A DNA stretch of 64,000 bases, taken from positions 96,001 to 160,000 of the forward strand of contig CAVQUB010000012.1 in the NCBI GenBank assembly GCA_963716725.1, written 5' to 3'. The translations under genes were made by a program, and so were the position numbers. Below, in pieces: positions 37,868-46,722 of the stretch; positions within the stretch are counted from its first letter, which is position 1; the number at the start of each line of letters is the position of its first letter. The notes beneath the pieces were generated by a model. It had not been told where the DNA came from. It did not search any database and saw nothing but the letters and a program-made list of their open reading frames with translations. This DNA is from an uncultured delta proteobacterium (GTDB lineage: Bacteria; Myxococcota_A; Polyangia; Polyangiales; Polyangiaceae).

Positions 37868-39709
37868 ATGGGCCAAACGCGAATGGCGATCCGTTTCTGC
37901 GTGGGCGTGTTTGTCTCCGTCGGCCTCTCGCTCGGCCTGTCGGCGAGTTGCTCCGCGGGCGGCGGGAGCGGTGGAGGTCCCGCGAGCGGCGGCGCCGGCG
38001 GAAGCGGTGGATCTGACGCCAGCCTCGATCAGTCGGGCAGCGGCGGCACGGGCGGTGGCACGGGCGACGGCGGGCTCCAGATCGACGCTCCGGTCGGCGA
38101 CGGCTGTGCGGCGGCGTGCTCGAGTGACTTCCACCAGGTGCTGAGCTGCTCGGGCGCGCCGATCCAAACCTGCAGCGGCGAGAGCGGCTGCGATCCAACC
38201 AGCGGCACGTGTGAGAACGCCTGCAGCGTCGCCGTGAAGACCAAGCAGAGCGTGGGCTGCGAGTACTACCCGACCTTCATGGAGATGAACGACTCGAGCT
38301 TCTGGAAGGGCAACCAGATCTGTTTCGCGGTGATTGTGGCCAACACCTGGGACACACCGGCAAAGGTCAGCGTCGAACTGAACGGCGTGACCATCGACAT
38401 CGACAAATTCGCCTACCTGCCTCAGGGATCGGGACCGTCGCTCCAACTTCAACCCACCAGCGTCGCTCAGGGCATCGCGCCCGGGGGCGTCGCGATCCTG
38501 TTCTTGGCCGGCGCTCAAGGCAGCGAGAAGGCGCACTGCCCGGTGCCCTCGGCAATGACCGTCGGCCCCATGGTCCAGGGCACGGGCAAGAGCCACTCGT
38601 TCCACCTGAAGACCAACGTGCCCGTCGTCGCATACCAGATCAGCCCCTACGGTGGCGGCAACGCGGCGGTCACCGGCGCGTCGCTCTTGATCCCGACCAG
38701 CGCTTGGGATGTGAACTACATTGCCGTCAACGCTTACAAATACGGCATCGCGCCCCCGTCGATGAACATCATCGCGGTGGAGAACGGCACTGACGTGACC
38801 CTCGTCCCGGTGGCAGCCGTCTCGGGCGGCGGTGGGCTGCCGAGCGGATCGGCCAACGTTCCCCTGAGTTTCAGCCTGAACGCCGGCGAAATGGCCCAGT
38901 TCTCCCAGAACGCCGAGCTCACGGGCAGCGTCATCTCGTCGACCAAGCCCATTGGGCTGATGGCGGGACAAATGTCGATGAACGTGCCCGTCGGCGTCGC
39001 GTACGCTGACCACGCCGAGCAGATGATCCCGCCCGTGCGAGCCATGGGCAGCGAGTACGTTGGCGTCATGCACCGACCCCGCAAGACCGAGCCCGCTGTG
39101 TGGCGGCTGGTCGGAGCCGTGGACGGAACGACGCTCAGCTGGACGGGCGCTGTCACCGGGCCCGCGAGCCTCGCTCGGGGTCAGGTCGTCGAGCTCCAGA
39201 CCGGAACGCCGTTTCAGGTCAAGAGCCAAGACGATCAGCATCCGTTCATGCTCTTCCAGCTGATGACCGGCTCGACCTTCGTCAGCGAGATGAGCGGCTA
39301 CGGGGACGCAGACTTCGTGCTGATGGTGCCGCCGCAGCAGTACATGACGCGCTACGTGTTCTTCGCAGATCCGACCTACCCGGAGACCAACCTGGTGATC
39401 GTTCGCGCCAAGGTGAACGGTGCCTTCGCCGACGTGAACCTCGACTGCGCCGGAAAGGTCGGCGGCTGGCAGCCCATCGGCGACCACGAGTGGACGCGCG
39501 TGGATTTGATGACTGGCAACTTTCAGCCCGTGGGCAACTGCTCCACCGGGCGCCATGAAATGTGGAGTGACGCTCCCTTCGGCGTCACTGTCTGGGGTTG
39601 GGGCACGCCCGAGACGACGACCTTCACCAGCAACGTCTCTTACGGATATCCCGCGGGCATGAACATCGTGCCGATCAACAAAGTCGTGGTGCCCCCCATC
39701 CCCAAATGA
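37868..39709 (+). CDS. IgGFc-binding-domain lipoprotein
   Basis: SASC lipobox, SVGCEYY, ASLLIPTSAW, DHAEQMIPP, VSYGYPAG; start 37868 or 37883. Confidence 0.88.
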   Translation: MGQTRMAIRFCVGVFVSVGLSLGLSASCSAGGGSGGGPASGGAGGSGGSDASLDQSGSGGTGGGTGDGGLQIDAPVGDGCAAACSSDFHQVLSCSGAPIQTCSGESGCDPTSGTCENACSVAVKTKQSVGCEYYPTFMEMNDSSFWKGNQICFAVIVANTWDTPAKVSVELNGVTIDIDKFAYLPQGSGPSLQLQPTSVAQGIAPGGVAILFLAGAQGSEKAHCPVPSAMTVGPMVQGTGKSHSFHLKTNVPVVAYQISPYGGGNAAVTGASLLIPTSAWDVNYIAVNAYKYGIAPPSMNIIAVENGTDVTLVPVAAVSGGGGLPSGSANVPLSFSLNAGEMAQFSQNAELTGSVISSTKPIGLMAGQMSMNVPVGVAYADHAEQMIPPVRAMGSEYVGVMHRPRKTEPAVWRLVGAVDGTTLSWTGAVTGPASLARGQVVELQTGTPFQVKSQDDQHPFMLFQLMTGSTFVSEMSGYGDADFVLMVPPQQYMTRYVFFADPTYPETNLVIVRAKVNGAFADVNLDCAGKVGGWQPIGDHEWTRVDLMTGNFQPVGNCSTGRHEMWSDAPFGVTVWGWGTPETTTFTSNVSYGYPAGMNIVPINKVVVPPIPK

Positions 39710-39752
39710 ACTGCGAGCGATCTCGTCGGGCACCTCGCGCGACTCACCCGTC

Positions 39753-40052
39753 ATGCGTGCCTTCGCGGTCTTCTCCCTGTTTTGCTGGTTGCTCGGCGCC
39801 TGTGGTGGCCAAGTCGAGCGCGATCCCGGGACCGGGGGCGGCTCGTTTCCGTCTTCGCCGCTCGGCCAGTGTCGAGCCGGCAGCCCGTGGGATCCGAACG
39901 TGGACCAGCCTTGCCCGTGGGTCGCCGACGGCCTCTGCTACGCCGACAAAGCGGCGGCCTGCGCCTGTGCCTGCCCGAGCGATCACGACAGCTGGTGCGC
40001 GAGCGATTTGTCGGAACCCGGCGGCGCCCCCGTGAATGTGACCTGCGAGTAG
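39753..40052 (+). CDS. Small Cys-rich lipoprotein
   Basis: LGAC lipobox; CY..K.AACACACP motif. Confidence 0.75.
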   Translation: MRAFAVFSLFCWLLGACGGQVERDPGTGGGSFPSSPLGQCRAGSPWDPNVDQPCPWVADGLCYADKAAACACACPSDHDSWCASDLSEPGGAPVNVTCE

Positions 40053-40157
40053 GGCGGGGTGCCCGCGCCAACTCTGCGAAATCCTTCGCTCGGAGCTTGG
40101 ACGCGGGTGCCGCGAGCTTGCTCGCGAGGGTGACGTTGTGTCACTTTTCCGCCTGCC

Positions 40158-41198
40158 ATGTTCGGGAAGAATGGGACTCTCGAGACCCCGCGATTGGTGT
40201 CGGTCGAGACCACCAATCACTGCAACGCAAAGTGCGTGTTCTGTCCGAACAACGCCCTCGCGCGTGACAAGGGGCCCATGAGACAGGAGCTCTTCGAGAA
40301 GATCATCGAAGAGTGCCGCGAGTTTCCCTTGCCGGCCATCGAGCCCTTCTTGCAGGGCGACCCCTTCTCCGATCCCAAGATCATCGAGCGGCTCGAGCTG
40401 ATCCGCCGGCGCCTGCCCGCGACCAAGCTGCGCCTCTATACCAACGGCTACGGCATGGCGCCCAAGAAGATCGACGCCATGCTCGGCCTCGGCATCGATC
40501 ACCTCTACGTCAGCTTGAACACGCTCGACCCCGAGAAGTACCGGCAGGTCATGGGCATCCCGCTCCAGCGCACGCTAGAGAACATGGCCTACCTCACCGA
40601 GCCGTCGCGACGGGCGCGCATCGCCGACAAGATCACGTTTCGCATGACGCGGCTCGGGGACACCACGCTGAAGGAGCAGGACGACTTCATCGCCTACTGC
40701 AAGGAGCGCGGCGTCCAGTGCTTCATCGTGGGTCTCTTCAACTACAAGGGCGACATCAACAGCGGCCTGCCGGTGCCCAGCTATGGCTGCGAGCACGTCG
40801 CGCGCCTCGACATCTTGGCCAGCGGTCGCGTGACCTTGTGCTGCATGGACCAAGACGGCGATCACGGCTGGGCCGATCTCGAGCAGATGAGCGTGCTCGA
40901 GGCCTTCAACCACCCGATGGCCAAGAAGTACCGGGACTTCCACCGCACCGGTCGGCGTCGGGAGATCGACCCCTGTGGGACCTGCAACAACTTCTGGCCC
41001 GGGTTTTCCGGGCTATCGCCCATCGAGGCGGCGCGGACGGGCATCGAGTACTGCACGTACATGGCCCGCCACCGCCCCAACGGCCGCAAAGCGCCCCGGG
41101 GCGAAGGTGTCACTCGGGATGGCCTGGTCCAGCTCCAGAAGAAGCACAGCGCGGCCGCCGAGGCCGGCAGTTACCGCGACGCACAGAGCGGCGACTGA
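40158..41198 (+). CDS. Radical SAM protein with a SPASM/twitch-like domain
   Basis: CNAKCVFC, YTNG, GCEH...LCCMD...PCGTCN. Confidence 0.92.
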   Translation: MFGKNGTLETPRLVSVETTNHCNAKCVFCPNNALARDKGPMRQELFEKIIEECREFPLPAIEPFLQGDPFSDPKIIERLELIRRRLPATKLRLYTNGYGMAPKKIDAMLGLGIDHLYVSLNTLDPEKYRQVMGIPLQRTLENMAYLTEPSRRARIADKITFRMTRLGDTTLKEQDDFIAYCKERGVQCFIVGLFNYKGDINSGLPVPSYGCEHVARLDILASGRVTLCCMDQDGDHGWADLEQMSVLEAFNHPMAKKYRDFHRTGRRREIDPCGTCNNFWPGFSGLSPIEAARTGIEYCTYMARHRPNGRKAPRGEGVTRDGLVQLQKKHSAAAEAGSYRDAQSGD

Positions 41199-41204
41199 AG
41201 CGCT

Positions 41205-43568
41205 CTACTGCTTGCCCGTCGCGTGGGCGCGACGCGCGCGGAATTGCAGGTACGTCGAGTACGCGTCCATGTTTCCGGTCGTCTGCGAGGCCGGGACCTT
41301 GTTGAGTGCGCCTTGAACGGAGAGGGGCGTGAGCGACCCGCCCGACTTCGGCACGTCGGGCTGGGTGGGCGTGATGGCGGTGATGGCGCACGTGGCCACC
41401 AGGAAGTTGACCTTGCAGCCACCGACCAGCGCGTCGAGGAGCGAGTTGCAGTTGGCGCTGACCGGTTGGTTCGCGCCGCAGTAGGTGTAGGCCTTCGAGC
41501 CGGTGCAGTTTCGGCACTGGCCGGCGCCCGAGGTGAGCGACGAGGGGATCGGGATCTTCGACAGCGACTCGACCGTGACGGCGCCGCACAGACCTTGGTT
41601 GCTCTGGTTGCCAATCACCTCCGGGAACACCACCAAGCCGCTGGCGAGCGCGGCTGGCGGAGGCGCCGGGACGGTGTCGGTTCCCGAGGTGTTGCCGCGG
41701 ATCTTGGCGTCACGCATCTGAAGCAAGGCCGGGCTGCCGGCCAGGAGCAACGTCAGGTTGACCTGATTTGGGCCCGCGGTGATCAGCGTCGATACCATGG
41801 AGCCGTTGGTCAGCCGGTCCTTCGGCAGGTTGTTTGCGTCGACCTGGGCGGCGTCCAGCTTGAACCACCAATCCAGCGAGGCGGCGCCGTTGCCGGGCCA
41901 GGTTCCCTTGGCCGGGTCGAGGTAGCCCGAGACGATCCCGAGCTCCAGCGCTGGATCGTTGTCTCCTTTGAGATCGTCGAGGCCGATCGACTGCACCAAG
42001 ACGTTGGTTCCACCGTCGTCGATGCCACCTTGCAGATCGGTGTTGATCTGAGTGACCGCCGTGCTCGACAGCGCCTGGCCCAACCGGTTCAGGGTGTAGG
42101 CGCAGAAGGTCGGGGCGGTGCCCTTGATGATGTCGGCGTCGTACAACCGGCTGAAGACCTCGTACTTACAGGCCGAGTCGCAGCCGTCGAGGTTCGACTT
42201 GTTGCCGTCGTCGCAGTGCTCGCCGCTGTCGATCACCGAGTCTCCGCAGAGCGGGGCCTTGACGCACTTGCCGGCCGTGCAGGTCGCGCCGCCGCTGCAG
42301 ACTGTCCCACACACTCCGCAGTTGCTGTTGTCGGTCTGGGCGTTCACGCAGGCGTTGCTGCACAGGGTCTGCCCCGAGCCGCACGCACAAGCGCCCGTCT
42401 GACAGGTGGAGCCCGAAGGGCAGATCTTGCCGCAGGTTCCGCAGTTGTTGTTGTCGGTCTGGGCATTCACGCAGGTGTTGCCACACGCAATCTGACCCGA
42501 CGCGCAGCTGCAGGTGCCGGCGCTGCAGGTCTTGCCGCCGCTGCACACGGTGCCGCAAGCACCACAGTTGCCGTTGTTGGTCTGCGTGTTCACGCAGGCT
42601 CCGCTGCACAACGTGCCGCTGTTCGGACAGCTGCACTTGGCGGCGGCGCAGCTCTGCCCGGCGGCGCAGGCAGTCCCGCAGGCTCCGCAGTTGGTCACGT
42701 CGGACTGCAAGTTGACGCACGAGCTCCCGCATTTGGTGGTGCCACCCGTACAGTTTGCCGTGCACAGCCCCGCAGAGCAGACCTGCCCTGAGTTGCACTT
42801 GGTGCCGCACGCCCCGCAGTTGACCGGATCGGTCTGAGTATTGGCGCATTGGCCGCTGCAGGTGGTCTGGCCCGTGGGGCAGCCGCACTTGCCCGCGGCG
42901 CACGCCTGGCCGCCGGTGCAAGCGTTCCCGCACGCCCCGCAGTGGGCCTGGTCCGTCTGCGTGTTCACGCAAGCACTGCCGCAGAGCGCCTGTCCGGAGG
43001 AACACTCGCACTTGCCCGACGCGCACGAGCTGCCGCCGGCACAAGCGGTGGCGCATGCGCCACAGTGCGCGTTGTTGACCTGCGTGTCGACGCAAGCGCC
43101 GCCGCAGGCCGTCTGACCGCCCGTGCAATTGTCCGCGCACTTTCCGGCCGAGCACACCTGCGCCGCGGTGCAGGCGGTGCCGCACGCCCCGCAGTGAGCT
43201 GCGCTCGCCTGGGTGTCGACGCACTGCCCCTCACACAAAGCTTGTCCCGTTGCGCAGGCGCAGGCCCCGTCTTCACAGGAGCTGCCGCCGGAGCAGGCAT
43301 TGCCGCAACTTCCGCAGTTGGAGTTGTTGTTCTGAGCGTCCACGCAGGCGCCGTCACACTCGATTTCGGTTCCGGTGCAGGGTCCGGCGTCGCTCGCGCC
43401 TGATCCACCGGTGCTGCCGCCCGTGGAGCCACCAGCGCCATCGTTGCCCGCGTCCTTCGCTCCGCCGCTACCACCACCGGGGTCGTCGTCGCCACCGCAA
43501 GCGTTCGCGACAGCAAGCACCAGGACCACGCCGCCGAGCAGTCCGAATATGTTCGTGAACCGCGTCAT
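41205..43568 (-). CDS. Lipoprotein with about 10 Cys-rich repeats, a DUF4215-like repeat and a C-terminal domain
   Basis: GGAGG RBS, ANAC lipobox, repeats C.G.CV..Q....CG.CG..C.....C..G.C, CGDSVIDSGEHCDDGN. Confidence 0.9.
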   Translation of the reverse strand: MTRFTNIFGLLGGVVLVLAVANACGGDDDPGGGSGGAKDAGNDGAGGSTGGSTGGSGASDAGPCTGTEIECDGACVDAQNNNSNCGSCGNACSGGSSCEDGACACATGQALCEGQCVDTQASAAHCGACGTACTAAQVCSAGKCADNCTGGQTACGGACVDTQVNNAHCGACATACAGGSSCASGKCECSSGQALCGSACVNTQTDQAHCGACGNACTGGQACAAGKCGCPTGQTTCSGQCANTQTDPVNCGACGTKCNSGQVCSAGLCTANCTGGTTKCGSSCVNLQSDVTNCGACGTACAAGQSCAAAKCSCPNSGTLCSGACVNTQTNNGNCGACGTVCSGGKTCSAGTCSCASGQIACGNTCVNAQTDNNNCGTCGKICPSGSTCQTGACACGSGQTLCSNACVNAQTDNSNCGVCGTVCSGGATCTAGKCVKAPLCGDSVIDSGEHCDDGNKSNLDGCDSACKYEVFSRLYDADIIKGTAPTFCAYTLNRLGQALSSTAVTQINTDLQGGIDDGGTNVLVQSIGLDDLKGDNDPALELGIVSGYLDPAKGTWPGNGAASLDWWFKLDAAQVDANNLPKDRLTNGSMVSTLITAGPNQVNLTLLLAGSPALLQMRDAKIRGNTSGTDTVPAPPPAALASGLVVFPEVIGNQSNQGLCGAVTVESLSKIPIPSSLTSGAGQCRNCTGSKAYTYCGANQPVSANCNSLLDALVGGCKVNFLVATCAITAITPTQPDVPKSGGSLTPLSVQGALNKVPASQTTGNMDAYSTYLQFRARRAHATGKQ

Positions 43569-43729
43569 GATGGACCTCCAGAGTTCCGCAGACGACGACG
43601 ATACCATCCCGCAGGCCGGAGCCCCGTGTGAGGAACAGACGTACAGGCTCGTGCGGGAACGCCGAGTGGTTCGCCGCGCCCGACGGCAACTTCCGCCGGG
43701 CTGAGACGTACGAAGGGCGGACAATCGAA

Positions 43730-44671
43730 ATGATGAGTCGAATCTTGCTTCTGTCGATTCTGTTGGTGCTCCCGGCGTGCACCAAGCCGGGGCCGAGCGA
43801 GTCGTCACCGAGCGCCCCCGCGGCCAGCCTGCGACCTGCTCCCACAGCGCCGGTGGCAGCCCAGACCGGAGAGTGCCCACTGGCCGTCGTGCCGGGTACC
43901 GCCCTGGGTCCAATACGGATCGGCGAGACGCCGGCCGAACTCGCGCAGCACGGCCTGCCCGTGAAGCCGAAGTCCAAGCACGAGACCACGGAATTCTTCG
44001 AGGTCGGCCCCTACCACGCCAAACTTTGTGGCGGAAAAGTCGTGGACGTTTGGATCGACGACCTGCGGACCGCGCCGGACTGCATCACCATCGCGGGCAA
44101 GAAGCTCGAGCGCAACATCGCTCGGGAGCAACTCGTCGCGATGTTCGCGGACTGCAAGCAAGCACCGCCGCGAACCGGTGGGCAGTTCGAGGAGTGTGAG
44201 CAGGGCGGCGTGCGCATAGGCTGGGGCATGGGCGACTTCATCCAGCTCCGGGTCGCCAAGAAGGGCACCCGTCTCGACGACAGCTGCGAAATGCTCCTCG
44301 ACGACGGCACGCAGGTCCCACTCGGAGCCGGCGAGAAGGCCAAGCTGCTCCAGAAGGTGATTGACCTGGATCTGCTCGCGCCCTTCTGGCATCGAGACGA
44401 GCCCGGGCGCGACCCGCTGAAGCTCATCGAGAATGACCTCGTGGCTGACAAGCCCGAGCTCACGATATTTGGATTGAAGGTGGTCTACCTGAGGCGACAA
44501 GACGCGGAGCAGAAGCGGCTGCCGTTCTTCGAGTTCACGAAGGTCTCGTCCACCGCGACCAAGGCCCGCATCGAGTTCCGCTTCCCCGTGGAGGGAGTGG
44601 TGGGACATGTGGAGTTCGAGAAACGCGGCGATGACTGGCAGCTGAGTGCGAAGCAGGTCGCGGAGCGCTGA
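43730..44671 (+). CDS. Hypothetical lipoprotein
   Basis: LPAC lipobox; stop overlaps the next start codon. Confidence 0.82.
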   Translation: MMSRILLLSILLVLPACTKPGPSESSPSAPAASLRPAPTAPVAAQTGECPLAVVPGTALGPIRIGETPAELAQHGLPVKPKSKHETTEFFEVGPYHAKLCGGKVVDVWIDDLRTAPDCITIAGKKLERNIAREQLVAMFADCKQAPPRTGGQFEECEQGGVRIGWGMGDFIQLRVAKKGTRLDDSCEMLLDDGTQVPLGAGEKAKLLQKVIDLDLLAPFWHRDEPGRDPLKLIENDLVADKPELTIFGLKVVYLRRQDAEQKRLPFFEFTKVSSTATKARIEFRFPVEGVVGHVEFEKRGDDWQLSAKQVAER

Positions 44672-46272
44672 TGCGACCAATTGCTGCCACAATCTTGCTC
44701 ATCGGGTGCGGGTCGCCCGCAGAACCCAAGGCGCCGCCCGCCCTCGTCGTCGATGCGAGCACGCCAGAAGCGCCCGTCGTCATGGCGAGCAGTTGTGAGA
44801 TGGCGTTCGTTCTCCCGGAGCTGCCGCCGGTGGCGCCCCAGAGCCAGTGTGTGCCGCGGGCGAAGCTCCTGGCCATGCCGGCCGGCGCGCTGACCGCCGA
44901 ACTCGCGGATCTCAGCGCTGCTTCGGCGGATTCCTTCAAACGCAAACGAGACAAGCTCGTCAACCGGGGCAAACCAGCGCTCAAGCGCCTACGCGAGCTG
45001 AGCACCGGCGCGCCGACGGCTTCGGAGCGGGCCCTCGCCGCGGCGCTCGTCACCCGCATCGAGAAGCCCGCTGAGGCCAAACGCCTCGACGACTGGGCGC
45101 CGTCGAACCACGCGCTGATGCTCAGGAACCCCGCGTTCAAGGTGGCCGCCGAGCTGGCGGCCGCCTACGCGTCGTTCCCCGAGCTCGCCTTCGAGGCGCT
45201 GACGCGCGCCCGCGGCGGCGCGGAAGTCAGCCCGCCGCACACCAGCTTCGCCCCGGCGTCTCGCTCCCCGCTCTTCGACGTGGTTCTGCGTGGCCCCGAG
45301 GGCTACGATCGCCTCGCTGATCTAGTCGCGGCGTTTCCCCAAGCGTTCACGCTCTTGGTGAAAGGCGACGCGAAGCGGGGGACCTGCGCCGCGCTCGACT
45401 GGCTCGCTGGCAAGCTGCCCGATGAAACGGACGAGCGGGGTCGGGGCGTGCTCACCGCGCTCGATAGCGACGACCCGCTGGCGTTGTACTTGTTGCGCCG
45501 GGCCTTGCGCGATTGGTCGCCCCGGAACAAAGAAGGCGCCGCGGCCGCCCTGGCGCGGCGCAAAGACCAGAGCGCGGTGGCGGATTTGCTCGCGACCGTA
45601 GGCGACCATGCTGTCGGCCAGAACGTCCGGGTACACCTCTCGGCGATCCTGGGCGCCGAAGAGACCGAGAAGCGACTGGCGCTCTTGGCCCGAGATTGTC
45701 GGAGTGAGCGCCGGGTCGGTGCCGCCCGCGCGCTGCGCTGGAGCGCCGCCGTGACGGGATCCGAAACCTTGGCGATCCTTGCCGGTGATGCCGACACCTC
45801 GGTGCGCGCCGCGGCGCTCGAGTCATTGGCGTGGCTTTCGCTGACGCATCGAGATGCGCGGGTTCCGTTCAGTGATGCGGTGGAACGCAGCGTGATCGCG
45901 GCGACCGGCGATGCAGACGTGAACGTGCGCCGACTGGCGCTGGGGGCCCTCTGGCGCTTGGTTGTCGAGAAACGTCGGCCGGCGAACGACGCGATGCGAT
46001 CGGTGTGGGCGAGGGCGCTCTCGGATCCCGACCGGCGAGCGCGGAACATCTCACTGGTAGAGCTCGACGACTTCTTTCCAGGCGACTCCGATCTGATTCT
46101 GGTTCTGCTCGGAGATCTCGGTCGCGTCCCCGACGAGTGGCCCCACAAGGAGGCGCTGGAGGTGGCTCGGCGCATTTACCGCGTGCCGTCTCGGGCCCGC
46201 GTGTCCGAGTTCGCACGAGGCCCCGTGCCCGAGTTGCGAGCCATCGCCGAGGCGTGGCTCGCCAGGAAGTGA
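44671..46272 (+). CDS. HEAT-repeat lipoprotein
   Basis: LIGC lipobox; D.D..VR..A...L repeats. Confidence 0.8.
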   Translation: MRPIAATILLIGCGSPAEPKAPPALVVDASTPEAPVVMASSCEMAFVLPELPPVAPQSQCVPRAKLLAMPAGALTAELADLSAASADSFKRKRDKLVNRGKPALKRLRELSTGAPTASERALAAALVTRIEKPAEAKRLDDWAPSNHALMLRNPAFKVAAELAAAYASFPELAFEALTRARGGAEVSPPHTSFAPASRSPLFDVVLRGPEGYDRLADLVAAFPQAFTLLVKGDAKRGTCAALDWLAGKLPDETDERGRGVLTALDSDDPLALYLLRRALRDWSPRNKEGAAAALARRKDQSAVADLLATVGDHAVGQNVRVHLSAILGAEETEKRLALLARDCRSERRVGAARALRWSAAVTGSETLAILAGDADTSVRAAALESLAWLSLTHRDARVPFSDAVERSVIAATGDADVNVRRLALGALWRLVVEKRRPANDAMRSVWARALSDPDRRARNISLVELDDFFPGDSDLILVLLGDLGRVPDEWPHKEALEVARRIYRVPSRARVSEFARGPVPELRAIAEAWLARK

Positions 46273-46293
46273 CGTGTTACTCTCGCTCGTGGG

Positions 46294-46692
46294 ATGAGGG
46301 ACGACGACGCCAGGCAGGCCATTCTCTCGCGACGTGCCCGCTTCATCGCGGCGACGCTTGCCAGCGCGGGGCTCCTGGTATCGACCGCGGATTGCGGAGG
46401 GCAGTCCACCAGCGATGACAAACAAGCGACGGGCGGCAGCGGAGGGATCCCGCAGCCCTGTCTCAGCGGTGGCGCGCAGCCTTGCCTCGGTGCGCCGTCG
46501 GGCGGCGGCAGCGGCGGGACTGGCGGCAGCCCGTACCCCTGTTTGTCGGGCGCCGGCGGCTGGCTCGGTCCGGACGCCGACGTTCCGGACGTGAGCGAGG
46601 TCGACGCGCCGGATGACTCGACCGCCGCCGACGCCGACGACGTTGACGTCGACGACGTTGACGCCGACGGCGCTGCAGGCGGCTCGGGCTGA
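46294..46692 (+). CDS. Small exported protein with three PCL(S/G) motifs
   Basis: ILSRRARFIAA leader; PQPCLS, AQPCLG, PYPCLS; acidic tail. Confidence 0.75.
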   Translation: MRDDDARQAILSRRARFIAATLASAGLLVSTADCGGQSTSDDKQATGGSGGIPQPCLSGGAQPCLGAPSGGGSGGTGGSPYPCLSGAGGWLGPDADVPDVSEVDAPDDSTAADADDVDVDDVDADGAAGGSG

Positions 46693-46722
46693 CCGCGCGC
46701 CGGGCGCGGCCGCCGCCGACCC

